Positions 51,070 through 64,000 of a DNA stretch of 64,000 nucleotides are shown here, piece after piece. Origin of the DNA: Balanoglossus misakiensis. Lineage: Eukaryota > Animalia > Hemichordata. The notes under the pieces are model-generated. The model was not told the DNA's origin and made no database searches. It was given only the letters and a program-made list of their open reading frames with translations. How positions within the stretch are numbered: position 1 is the first letter of the stretch; every line of letters starts with the position of its first letter. Made by a program: the position numbers and the translations under genes. The stretch is from positions 835,740-899,739 of the forward strand of contig CM082578.2 in assembly GCA_040954595.2 (NCBI GenBank). Reading direction: 5' to 3'.

Positions 51070-54000
51070 AATGTAAGTCATCATACCCTTCCACCCTGTG
51101 ATTTTGATGAACACTTCCCCCCCCCAGCTTTATAATTCATTTTGTGTTTCCCATCTAAATGTCAGATCATTACACAGAAACGTTGATGCCTTAAAATTAC
51201 TATATGAAGATATTATAAAGTCCAAATTCGCTATCATTGGAATCTCTGAAGTATGGGACCCAAATAACTTAAGTATTTATAATATGCAAGATTACACATT
51301 GGAAGTGAAGTCTCGTGAAGTAGGAAGGGGCGGTGGGGTTGGGGCTTACATACATTCATCAGTAATCTACAAGCTGCTTCGAGCAAGTGTCAGTCACTCA
51401 GAATCACTCTGGATGGAGGTACAGGTTAAAAATACGAAGATAATTTATGGGAATAATCTACAGAAAACCTAATACTGATATAACAGAATTTCAAATTAGT
51501 CTCATGCAAGTTTTAAACGAGCTCAGATGTGACAAAAATAATTGTATTTTAATGGGCGATTTTAATATTGATACTAACATAAGACTGACCAACCCCAATA
51601 TAGATTCATATCTATCCTCCTTGGAATGTATAGGCTTAAGACAGCTGATATCTACCCCAACCAGAGTGACTAGTTCATCTGAAATTTAATTGACCACATC
51701 TACACAAATATTAATCAACGTCCTATTCATGCTGGCACTATAATCACTGATATCTCAGACCATTTCCCTGTGTATACTCTTTTAGAAAATATTCCTCTAA
51801 AATTGCCACAAAAAGAGAAAATTATTTTCAGAAATTTCAAAAACTATAGTCCCTCCCAATTTTACGAAGATCTTGAAAACACAACCTGGGATTCTGTGTA
51901 CCATTGCTCTGATGCTAATGAGGCTTACAACAATTTTTATTCAGTCTTTAATGAAATTTGTGATAAACATGCACCTATTTCTACCAAATCCTATAGTACC
52001 AAAAAAATAAAAAAACCTTGGATCACCAAATCACTTAGAAAATCTATTAACACCAAACATAGGCTATATAACAAATTATATAAATCAAAATTTAATAATG
52101 CTGTTGCTGTTGATAATTATAAAAAAAATATCGAAATATTTTATCGGCTTTACTCAGGAAAGCCAAACCGATGTACTATAGCAATATTTTTATACAAAAT
52201 GAAAATAACACTACTGCAATATGGAAAATAATTAGAGAGATACTTGGAAGCCAAGGTAATGCCAGTCAATCTCTGCCAGATAATCTGTGTGTTAAGTCTA
52301 ATGGTAAGGTACGAACCGTAAATAAGAAAACTGACATTGTCAATGAGCTAAATAACTACTTTGTTGGTATTGGTCCAGACCTTGCTAGTAAAATAAAGTC
52401 TAACAATTGCAACTTTAATAATTATCTCAAGGCACCCATCTCAAACTCAATCTTTCTTGCCCCAACAACTCAGTTTGAAAAATTATTTGTAGCCTAGATC
52501 CTTATAAAGCTTGTGGCCAAGATCAAATTCCTGCTAGACTTCTTATAGATGGAGCTGCTGTAATATCTAAACCATTAGAATACATATTCAACCTCTCCTT
52601 TCATTCAGGAATATTTCCGAAAGCCCTAAAATCAGCAAAAGTTATACCAAGTTTCAAGAAAGGAACCACTGATGATCCAGAAAATTACAGACCAATATCA
52701 ATTTTACCTCTTATAAGCAAAGTCTTAGAAAAAATAGTCAACTCCCGTCTTACCAACTTTGTAGAACAATTTGATATTCTATATGAACATCAGTATGCCT
52801 TTCGACAAAAATATAGTACCAAACTCTCTCTGATCAATCTTGTCAATTATCTCATTAAGCAACTTAATGCTGGCAGAATTACACTTGGCATTTTCCTTGA
52901 CTTTTCAAAAGCCTTTGATACCATTGATCATACAATATTACTATCTAAACTCTCTCACTATGGTATACGTGGACGTCCTCTACAATGGTTTACAGATTAT
53001 TTAAAAGATAGATGTCAACATGTTTGTGCTGATCAGATGGCCATATCTCATCTAGCCATAATATTACATGTGGAGTTCCACAGGGATCTGTCCTTGGACC
53101 TACTCTATTTTTATTATTTATTAATGATATAGCCCTTTCAACATCCTTCTTCAACTTTCGGCTGTTTGCTGATGATACAAATCTGTTCCATACCTTCCCT
53201 GCAAACAAAAGTGATATCAATCTGAACCATGTTGACAGCCAGTTACAGCTGGTGCTAGATTGGTGCAATGCCAACAAACTCACTATAAATCACCTAAAAA
53301 CAAATTACAGTATTTTCAGAAACCAAAGACGAAACTTTTCCCATGTTGGTTCTCTCCACATAAATAATATGGTCATAAATGAGGTAGAAGCTGCATCATT
53401 TGTTGGCATTCTCATTGACAGGCATCTTACCTGGTCAAAACATATCCAGATGCTAAACACAATCATCAGAAAGAAAGTTGGCATTCTCTTTAAACTCAGA
53501 CATTTTGTACCTACCCATAATACTTACCTTACTCTACAAATCACTTATCCAACCACATATAACATACGGCCTCGAAGTATGGGGGTCAACATATCCTTCA
53601 TATCTCAACCGTATTAAGTTATTACAAAAAATGGCAGTAAGAGCAATAACCTTCAGTGATTTCACAGCTCATTCAACTCCTTTATTCCATAAATTGAAAA
53701 TCCTTGATATTTTCAAATTACATAAGCTCCAGGTATGCTTCTTCAGGTATGATCTTGTAAACAATAATCTTCCACAAAGGCTGACAACCTACTGTCAATT
53801 ACCTCTCCATGATTACAGTACACGCCACAAAAACCAAGGTAATCTCCATATTCCAAGTGTAAATACAACAATGGGCAAATTTGCAATATCTTATAATGGC
53901 CCTCTCTTATGGAATTCATTACCAGAACAAATAAAAAACAAAAAATCCCAACAAACTTTCCGGTACTCGCTCAAACAGATGTATTTAGAAAATTAACTAT

Positions 54001-54325
54001 AAATATATATATATTTATATATAGTAGTTCAATTTATACATTCAATGTATTTATTTCATTCAAGTTTAGCTACTGTCTATGTACATAATTGCCTTTACAG
54101 TGTACATGCCTAATATTGCTTCTCTCTAAGAAATACACTGCCCTCAAAATGAAATGTAACTAATTTTTATACCGCAATGTACAGAGGAATGGGAACAGAC
54201 TTGACTAGCACCTGCTATTTTCTGTTCCCAATTACCCTTTCATTCAACCTGTCTCACTCGTGAGTTATGTAAATACTTTTAAACTTTTCAACAAGGGTAA
54301 TAAATTGAATTGAAATTGAATTGCA
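51070..54325 (+). mobile_element. L2/Crack-group LINE, ORF2 (AP endonuclease + RT) with several frameshifts
   Basis: HLNVRSL, ISEVW, GGGVG, MGDFN, SDH, KPWIT, NYRPIS, FLDFSKAFDTIDH, GVPQGSVLGP, FADDT; stop at 53996; aataaa plus (ttgaa)n tail. Confidence 0.93.
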
Positions 54326-55698
54326 TTGAACTCACGTCATCAGAGTAGACAAAGACAATACGATCACGCAATATTTCAATGATCAAATCTCCCAAACTAT
54401 AGATTAAAAAGGCTGATTATTCAGTTGAATGTCATTCTATCTCAGTTCTTTTGCGATAGCAGACGATTCAAGAGTCTTCCCTTCTTCATTCCACGAGACC
54501 TCTTTTCTTCGTCGCCAGAACTGCTTCAACTACATGCTTCTGGATACGACGCCCCTCTGATCAAACAACAGATCCATCCTGAAATAGTGCTTCAAATCTT
54601 GATATTTTTCTTTAATTTGACTTCAACCGTCACCATTCTCCAAGACTGTAAAAGAAGGGAGATGATGATGAACTACTATTATTTTTTTTTGCCCCTTGTA
54701 CTGTCTTTACAACTGGTCGTATAAATCTGATATTTGTTTGGCATGCGAATTTTGGAATATGGATGTGTATGATCACAATTATAAGATCCTCAAAATAAAA
54801 GATCCCATCATTTCATTTGGTTAATTACCAGTTCATAGGTGAATGAAAATATTGTTACTCACTTTGAGACCTGACATGTATATATAATAATTCAAAGTAT
54901 TTATTCGCATATTTTTATATTATTCATGGTGTTATAGATCAATGGAAATTTTTCAAATTAAATTCATGTATATAAAATGTAGCAATGTAATGTCATATGT
55001 GAAACCCTTAATCTTGATATTGTAATTCATTGTAGAATATGATTATATTGTGTTATTTACTCAACTTGTGCATGTATGTTTAAGATTCATGCAAAATTAC
55101 TTTTTTATACAAACTGTTCCTTTTTGTGTTGTTCGGAGGTGACAACTCATCAACAATGAAATAAGTTTGGGAAATTTTTGAACAAAGTCATGAAGTGGAA
55201 GTACTATAAATAAGTTTAATATCTGATTTTGTTGTCCTGCCAGAAGTCAACATTTTTAGCTTACACAAATACTGGTGCAACTACAGAACAGTTGAAGAAT
55301 TTCATCATTATATTTATGTTTTAATTACAAGTATATCAATTGTACCTTTTCCTTATATTAAAAGCATATTTTTATTATAATATTTAATTGAGTTCTTTGT
55401 CTACTTTTTTAAACTGACAATTTGTCAGTCATTACCATAACCCTGGAGTGTATTTCACTGTGTCCAGAGATTCTTCTGTAGTTGTTATAATAAGACATCA
55501 AACCAGGTCCAATAATCAATATTACTCAAGCTAAGCTAATTACCAGGTCCAGGGTCAGAAAAGAAATAAGTGAAAAACTTACAATTTCAACAGGATCTTC
55601 TTGAACCACTGCTAAGTGGTAGTACTCGCACAGGGGGCTGCAAACATGAAAGTTATAAATGGCGGAGTTCCTGCATTTTCCCCCAATAAACATTAATT

Positions 55699-58110
55699 AT
55701 AATATGCTTGGTGTTGGAGCCAGGGTTTATATTCTCAACAAGATGACCTGGCCCAACTTGGCCCTGAACGGAGAATAGCTAATAAACTTTGCATTTGATT
55801 GGCTGTGGGATGGTGGACTGCATTTGATTGGCTGTGGGATGGTGGAAATGTCGTCTGCTGCAATCAGCTCGTGCAAATTTTGGAAATATCAAGAAGAGCT
55901 CAAAATGCAGCCAGCCGCCATGTCTGAAAGGCTAGATTCTGACTTTGATTTGAATTTTAACCTCGAACAACTTGACGAAATATCTGACGAAGAACTCCTA
56001 CAAGCGGCGACGATACTCGAGAATCTACCGGGACCGTGCATTCCTCCAGCAGTAAATCATGCCTACCCGCAGACGCCGAGATTCCCCGAGTTGTCACACG
56101 AAAAGGTGGAACAGTCAGCGGCGAAAAAAAATGAGGCAAATACAAATGCATCGACCAAGTGGGGAGTTAAGTTACTGAAAAGTAAGTATTCAATAAAAAA
56201 AAATAGTAGTCGTATATTTTATCGTTCACGCCGAAATGGGCGCCGCCATTTTCATTGTTTGTAAACAATCGCGTTAGTCGTTTCACCTGTTGACCTTAAA
56301 ATCACGCAGTTGTTGTTGTATTTACCGTCTCTATTTTAACCGTTGCAGCCTGGTGTATGGAGCGATCGATTTCCCCAGATTTTGAAATGCTGCCAGTAGA
56401 AGACCTGGCAAACTTACTGAGGCAGTTTTATGCCGAGGTGAGAACAAGAGAAGGAAACGAGTATAGCATCCGGAGCTATTCTGGGATCAGAGCTGCGATA
56501 CACTGACATATCACCAACGTCCCATTCAACCGAGCTATCAATGTCTTGAGGGATCGGGAATTTCTGGTGGCCAACAATGTATTTGTCGGGAAAATAAAGA
56601 GCCTAAAGCGAGATGGAAAGGACACCATCAATCACAAAACACCAATAAGCGAGGGCGATATCCAGAAGATGTTTGCTAGCGGTACGCTATCCGACTCTGA
56701 TCCACTGTCATTATTACGTATGGTATGGTTTTATGTAGAATTTTTCTTTTGTCGAAGGGGGCGGGAGGGTCTGCGAGATTTACATAAGGGGAGTTTCATT
56801 CTTAAGGTTGACGACCAAAGGAGGGAATACATTACATTGGCCTACTTGGAAGCCACTAAAAACCACCCCGGGGATTTGAAAGATAATTTTGAAAGTGAGA
56901 AGCGGATGTATAAAACGGATTCTCCCCTCTGCCCAGTTACGGCCATTTTGAAATATATCGGTAAACTCCATCCCAACTGTAATGCGTTTTTCCAGCGTCC
57001 CATTCCCAATTTCTCCGGCAGTGAAAACACGTGGTATGTAAACAGCCCCCTTGGGCACAATTCACTAGGGGAAATGATGAAGAAAATATCAAAAGCGGCA
57101 GAGTTGAGTGTAATATACACAAACCACTGTGTGCGAGCAACAACCATTAAGTCGCTGAACGACGCTGGGGTCCCAACGAGAATAATCATGAATCTCAGCG
57201 GTCATCGCAACGAAGGAAGCATTCGTAGTTATTGTCGTGACAGTTCGAATGAACAGAAACGACAGTGTAGTGACATTTTAATGTCATCGATTCACGATAA
57301 ACATACCGGTAACATAACAGCTGATGGGACCCCAGCTCCGTCTGCTACGTCTTTGGCGGTTGCTTGCTCACCACAACGGTGTAAGAGAAATATACCCACA
57401 TGCCAAACTCTCCCCTCAAATTCCATAACACCATCCAATATGTTCAATAACTGCAACTTCCAGGGCAATGTATATGTTTATACAAGTACCTATAATTCCT
57501 CCAAGCATAATTAAAGATGTACATTTCTAATGTTGATTGATCGGAAACGTAATACTCCCGTGGTGTTTCTGCTGACTACTTCGCAGACATGATGTAAACA
57601 TATTCTTGCGCATTTTTTTAATAGTTCCACTTTATTAATGTATTTAAGACTAAGAGTAACATTATTTAGGTGTTTTTTAATTCCCATTGAGCGTTTTTAA
57701 AATAAATGTTTTCAAAGTTTATGAAATATAGAAATGGGTCAGTGTACTTCATTGTTTGAGACGAGTGCTAGTGTGCGCGAGATCGGAATGACATGCGTTG
57801 AAGGTGTGATGAGGCCCCTGAACCGGCATGACAATCCCCGTACATGATGGCTGTCCAACTTCGGAACCGGGCGAGATTTTCATTTTATCGACTTATATCA
57901 AACGAAATCATATTATAATGAGGTTATAAACGGTGCGCTCGGGTATTTGGTTGCGGATATAAGACCTCTCAGGTGAAAATTAGCATATTTGGGTGAAATA
58001 ATCACCTCGCTGCGCTCGGTGATTATTTCCCGCCAAATATGCTAATTTTCACCTGAGAGGTCTTATATCCGCAACCAAATACCCTCGCTAGCCGTTTATA
58101 ACCTCTAATT
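55699..58110 (+). mobile_element. Crypton (tyrosine-recombinase DNA transposon)
   Basis: Absent at the paralogous site (cattaattgatg, about 46294); taatt repeated at both ends; YR gene; ~185-bp terminal hairpin at 57920-58105. Confidence 0.9.
55905..57514 (+). pseudogene. Crypton DUF3504-type tyrosine recombinase with one premature stop
   Basis: Exons 55905-56181 and 56349-57514; in-frame TGA at 56504-56506 (likely CGA>TGA); motifs CRRGREG, CPV, PLGHN, TNHCVRAT, SGHRN, RSY. Confidence 0.85.
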
Positions 58111-61100
58111 GATGAACAGTCTTTGTGCTTGTTTATTTTTCTGTGTTACCTCCACCTGTCTTAGCAGTTGCTAATCCAGAATACAAGCTATTGCATTTCC
58201 CATTAAGCACCTGCTAACGACTTAATCTGTGTGCCCCATCCACGGATTTAGTGGATTAAGTAAACATCGGTCAGTTCTCACTTGGTAAGAGAATACCCAG
58301 TAGTCGCTGACCGATGTTTACTTTGTTAACTTAATCCGTGGATGGGGCACACAGATTAAGTCGTTAGCAGGTGATTAATGGGAAATGGATAGCTTTTATT
58401 CTGGATTAGCAAATGATAAGACAGGTTGGGAAAACGCAGAATGGAACGTACTTCGCCATTTATAACTTTCATGTTTGCAGCCCCCTGTGGTACTAGGTGT
58501 CGGAAATGGGTAAGCACACCCTTCCAGCATGCTGCACCCGTCAAGACTGACCCAAAGAGACAGATTTAAGTTGAATTTGACTTAACTAACAAATTACTGT
58601 TGCAAGTCAAATCCATATTTTGACTTTATCTCTGACTGAGCGCAGCGAGTCTGAGAGACACTCCACGTCTTCCTCTTCACAAGCAGCCCACTTTGTTTAC
58701 ATAAGTTTCAGTAGCATCTATAGTGGTTCTAAAGTTGGTTGCTCGAGACAATATTTCGGGCAAATTGGACAGCTGCCGAAGTTTGGTATTTGGAATGATT
58801 GTCAGGTCACCTGTTATTATATGAACGTGAGGTTCACAAGTGTAAATCCAATATTTAACATTACTTAAAGGGACAAATTACTCAAATTCTCCTTTGAGCT
58901 TATTTGATCAATTGTGTTTGATATGAAATGTGCCTATTATGCTGTTTGACTTCTTTAAACATGCTTAAATACTGGCCAATAAATAACTCCACTATGTTTG
59001 AAATTAAACCAGATAGTACAATAATACATTCCAAATGTCATATGTGATAACATCATGCTTTGGACTTTTTTACTTTATATATTACATAACATGTTACGGA
59101 GGGGGAGAGAGGTGAGAGAAGGAATGTGAGAAAGGAGAGAAGAAAAGCAAGAGGGCGGAAATGAGAATGTCAGGATGGAAAGGGAATGAGGGGAGGACTT
59201 TGACAGAAGGGGAGGGGAGAGACCGAATAAGTGAAGGTGAGAGAGGAAGTGGTTAGACAGGAAGAAAGGGAAATTAAAGCTCAACCACCACCACCACCAC
59301 CACAATCATCATCATCACCATCATTGCCATCATCATTCTGGAGGCATCGTGGCCTGTATTGGCCCATGGGCATCATGGGCCAAAAAAAACTGATTCAGTT
59401 AAATGTGCATAAACCACACTTTTGTACGAACTCCTGTAACCGGTGACGCAAGTCGTGAGTGAATTTGTGGGCGTGTCGCGACCTTTTCTGTGTACGTGAT
59501 GCAGAGTGATATATTGATGACCCCCAGCCACCCCAACACCCTTTGATAACACACTTCTTAAACTTTTTTTACATAGAATGGACTTCTCAAACCTTCCTTA
59601 CCAAAGTTCTGATTAAAGACATCTATCTTCTAGGGTACTACCAACAGCGTTTCACGTGACTGTAGACAAGCAGCAAGTACCTGTACACAGACAAGGGCGT
59701 GCGCGCGTCCACAATAATTAACGAATGTTTTTACCGCCGTGTGTTTTATGCACATAAACACTGAATCAGCTTTAATATTGGCCCATGATGCCCCGTGAGT
59801 TGTCAGGGTACCAAACTGACAATGCTCGAGAAAAAATGAAGTGTTGACATGCATGTTGTTAAGGGGTATCACAATGCATGTTACAGACGCTGGTTTCTCT
59901 TAGCAATAGAGTAGAGGCGTAAGGATGGGTTGATCTTGTGATTAAGAATTTTGGCAAAGAAACATAAATTGTGCCATTTAGTTTTGTATTAAACCCTATT
60001 CGCGTATTTTATGTTAAAGCACGAAATACTGCAATAATGAGATACGGTAGTATTTAACACATATCATATACGATATAATATAGCTTTATCAATACCAGTG
60101 AATTTTGTGACGTCATTTCTGTACATTTTTTTTTCTTTTATTTAAAACGCACAATGTTACATCAACAAATCAAAAGAAGAAACGAACTGAAAACTCACAT
60201 CATAGCTTCAAAATTTATTACACTTTCTGGATGGTTGCATGATTCCTAAGGCTTGTATACCTTGAACCTCAATGTCACGCGGGAGGATTGGTGTTAATGT
60301 AACGGGGAATTAAACTCTATCGATGGGGATAACTCGCTTGGCTAATACTGAGAGGTACCTATATGGAATCGTGCTGACGTCCAGATACATCGACACGAAC
60401 ACTGGGTATTTATGGTAGCAACTGAGAATATAAGAATTTAATGAAATAAACCTACTCGACCACTTGCGTTCTGAGGACAAGAAGGACACAAATAGTCCGC
60501 CATCCAAAAGACCGTTCCAGCATTTTATTTTTACCCGTCAAAAGACGCGGAGATATATTTTTAGATGAAAGATCCATGCATACTCAGATTGCATAGTACT
60601 TGTCTTCCTTGTGTTCCTTAAAATAATGAATGTATTGTATTTTCTTTTCTTTTCATCAGGAATGCGATAACTTTCTTAACACTACAAAAGTTTCTTTACT
60701 CTTCAATCACTTCTGTCTCAACTTTTAAGTTTAACTTTTACTTCCAAATCTCAGGTCACAAACTTTATAGACTGCTAAACAATTTTCTTCCTAGTGTTGT
60801 ATGCGCCACTTGTGAATTTTTGCGAGTGAGATTCACGGGCGTTTGAGCACAATTTATACAAAAGATGTTTGTCGCCTTTAGAAAAACGTTCGCGTAGAAT
60901 CAATGACGTCATGGTAAATTTTAGCTGCATGTTCCAATAGGGATGATGGGGAGACTACTTGTTGTAGAGCACCTGAAAATGTACGTATTTCGTCACTTCC
61001 TTTTCGCGAAATTTAATTCTTAACGGCATCTTAGTTTTAAGATTTGTGATTTCTTTTTTCTTCAGTTGTAAATTTGCATCACGGGATACTTCTTTGTAGA

Positions 61101-62400
61101 CTATCGAACCTTGGCATCTCAGACACAGTACTAACATGGTTTACATCTTACCTTCAATATAGATATCAAACTGTAATCATCGAAAACACTGCAAGTTCAC
61201 AGTCACCTCTCGTATACGGGGTGCCACTGGCCCTCTCTTGTTCACCATTTATATAGCCCCACTTTATAGTAAGCTGATTCGTCCCCACATCCTACAATTT
61301 CATCAGTACGCCGATGATAACCAGCGATACCTCGCCTTTTCCCATCAAGATTCAACCTCTGACGTTCCTGTCTTCTAAGGATTGTTGAACTTTAATTCAT
61401 GCAGTTTGTTGTTACGGCCGGTCGTCCTCCGGACGTTTACCTCATCGGCTTCTGTGGGGAATCAGCCACGTCCGAAGGCTGACGGCGTACATTCTCTCCA
61501 TCTCCTTCTCCACCCAACATATTCATAAAGTCCGAGAGAGGTACCCGGCAGATCGTAAACCTTTCGTAGACAGAGACTTGCAACAAGTTTTCCGAGTAAC
61601 ACAAAGTTCTGGTTTATTACTGGTCACACGTAAGAATTGCACGACTCGATCCATGCTCGTTGACTCCCATCACGGATCTCCGGTGATAAACGTGTGATCT
61701 CAAATTTCACCACACCTTATTAATACGTTAGTCAAGTATTAAGTCATAAAAGGAACACGTCATCTTAATATATCTTAAACATGAACTTAGCACGTGATAT
61801 CTCTATCTCGTTCTGACATGTATCAATTACACAATCTTGTTTACTCTGGGTCAAGTACCTATGTCAATACTGGACTAAAACCATACAAGTGAATGACTTC
61901 TTACGTAATCATAGAAAAGATCTATGAGCGTTAAAACTCAGTCGTGACACTTTCCCACTTTTCCAATAATCGAACTTCCACGTTCGATCAAAGAAAGAAT
62001 GAAAACGAAAACCAGGTCTGCGCTATCGGTTTTAAATACACTACGTCAAAATCAAACTCAATAATCACCTTTAAATAATATCACAGCCTGTTCAAACAAA
62101 TTAAAGAAAATCGCATAAAACGTTTTCAATGTCAAAATTCAAAACGACTTCACTGTTCTGACTTCTCGTCAAAGAGTGTCTCTTTTCCAGTGAAAAATTC
62201 AACAGTCAATAACCGCGTAAAAAAATCAAGTCTGATAGTTCTTTCGTACAAACAGTCTCTTCACTGCTGTACTAACGGAGCAGGCACATTCCAAAGATGC
62301 TCTCGAACACAATAACGGTTCCGGATAATACCGCCAAGTACGGAGCATTTCAGAGTGGATCATAATGCAATACAAGCTCGTAATAAACAGTAAAAATGAA

Positions 62401-62803
62401 TTTAATGAATGTTAAAAGATCTTAATTTAATACCACTATCTGATCGCAGGAGAGAACAGCGGCTTCATCTTATGTACAAAATCGTAAATAACCAAATCGC
62501 AACTCCAGCCGAAAGTCATATTAAATTCAACCCACGTACATCCAGGAATTCACACTCAAGACCCCTGTTCATACAAATGTGCAAAACAGATACTTACAAA
62601 CACTCCTTCATTCCGCGAACCATTATTGACTGGAACCACTTACCTGATAACATTGTAACTAGCACAAACCTAGAGCAATTTAAAGCTGGTCTTTCAGGAA
62701 TAACTAGTCATCACGACTAAATTCACCTTGCGCACCTGCAGGATTACTGCTCAATTTCTGAGTTACTCTGCAGTATTATACAGATACAGATACAGATACA
62801 GAT
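62401..62803 (+). mobile_element. 5'-truncated CR1-group LINE 3' end with (ACAGAT)n tail
   Basis: ORF end ..RRREQRL.LMYKIVN..SFIPRTIIDWNHLP; absent from copy 1 (aaatgaatacacttc, about 50600). Confidence 0.88.
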
Positions 62804-63264
62804 ACACTTCATCATACTGTCAGGTTCAAAAATAACCACGAAACGAATTCTTATGTGAAAGAATGCGTAAGACTACAATAAAATCACGCTCAACTTCAAC
62901 TACACTCTGGAACTTCTCTCTTGTCCCTCGTATGAACTCACATGCCAACTCAAAGGGCCATTTTCATACGCCAGACCGTCTCCCTAGCGGTCATTAAAAC
63001 ATCACGACTTCATCACCAGACCGTCTCTCTTGCGGTCATCACGAAAACTTCAACAACTCCTCAAAAACCTATTAAACGTCACTACACTTCACGGCATCAC
63101 TTCAACAAAAGAATACACATTTACAATGTCGAAAACAACGCAAAAACTTGGTGGAAAACAATATCAAATCAAAAGCGGTTAATAACGGTCAGTCAACTCA
63201 CGTCTACTAACTCTTCTTATGTGAAAGGATGCGTAAGACTACAATAAAACTCAAAGGGCCTCTC

Positions 63265-64000
63265 TTCAATGTTAGTCATCATACCCTTCCACCCTGTGAT
63301 TTTGATGAACACTTTTCCCCCCAGCTTTATAATTCATTTTGTGTTTCCCATCTAAATGTCAGATCATTAAACAGAAACGTTGATGCCTTAAAATTACTAT
63401 ATGAAGATATTATCAAGTCCAAATTCGCTATCATTGGAATTTCTGAAGTATGGGACCCAAATAACTTAAGTATTTGTAATATGCAAGATTACACATTAGA
63501 AGTGAAGTCTCGTGAAGTAGGAAGGGGTGGTGGGGTTGGGGCTTACATACATTCATCAGTAATCTACAAGCTGCTTCGAGCAAGTGTCAGTCACTCAGAA
63601 TCACTCTGGATGGAGGTACAGGTTAAAAATACGAAGATAATTATGGGAATAATCTACAGAAAACCTAATACTGATATAACAGAATTTCAAATTAGTCTCG
63701 TGCAAGTTTTAAATGAGTTCAGATGTGACAAAAATAATTGTATTTTAATGGGCGATTTTAATATTGATACTAACATAAGACTGACCAACCCCAATATAGA
63801 TTCATATCTATCCTCCTTGGAATGTATAGGCTTAAGACAGCTGATATCTATCCCAACCAGAGTGACTAGTTCATCTGAAACTTTAATTGACCACATCTAC
63901 ACAAAAAATAATCAACGTCCTATTCATGCTGGCACTATAATCACAGATATTTCAGACCATTTCCCTGTGTATACTCTTTTAGAAAATATTCCTCTAAAAT
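63265..64000 (+). mobile_element. Second copy of the L2/Crack LINE, AP endonuclease region (partial)
   Basis: Near-identical to 51070-51800. Confidence 0.9.

Larger units (their letters stand above)
44543..54572 (+). repeat. ~10-kb tandem duplication, copy 1
   Basis: Collinear and highly similar to 54573-64000, from tcctgaa.tagtgcttcaaat onward. Confidence 0.92.
54573..64000 (+). repeat. ~10-kb tandem duplication, copy 2 (runs off window)
   Basis: Matches 44543-51800 apart from two new insertions and the absent triplication. Confidence 0.92.

Overview
Repeat-rich animal (probably marine invertebrate) nuclear DNA. It contains the 3' part of a + strand multi-exon gene for an uninflatable/SVEP1-like single-pass membrane protein (LamG/pentraxin, HYR, CCP, GCC2_GCC3 repeats, EGF, TM, NPxY tail; 14945-43967). 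One coding exon of this gene is split by a 19.9-kb nested insertion: a Helentron-associated (HINE-like) element carrying two Harbinger MITEs and a 16.6-kb TIR transposon (23446-40020). That transposon encodes an apparently intact 7-exon KDZ/Zisupton-type transposase and, convergently, a spliced cargo gene with an NRF1/Ewg/P3A2-like DNA-binding domain, which is the most unusual system seen here. Upstream are the right end of a DIRS1-like retrotransposon, a Gypsy remnant and a 10.7-kb stack of 21 HINE 5' hairpins followed by 6 HINE bodies. Downstream is a ~10-kb tandem duplication holding a LINE, whose second copy gained a Crypton and a truncated LINE. All calls are by eye from motifs and splice signals; no searches were run.
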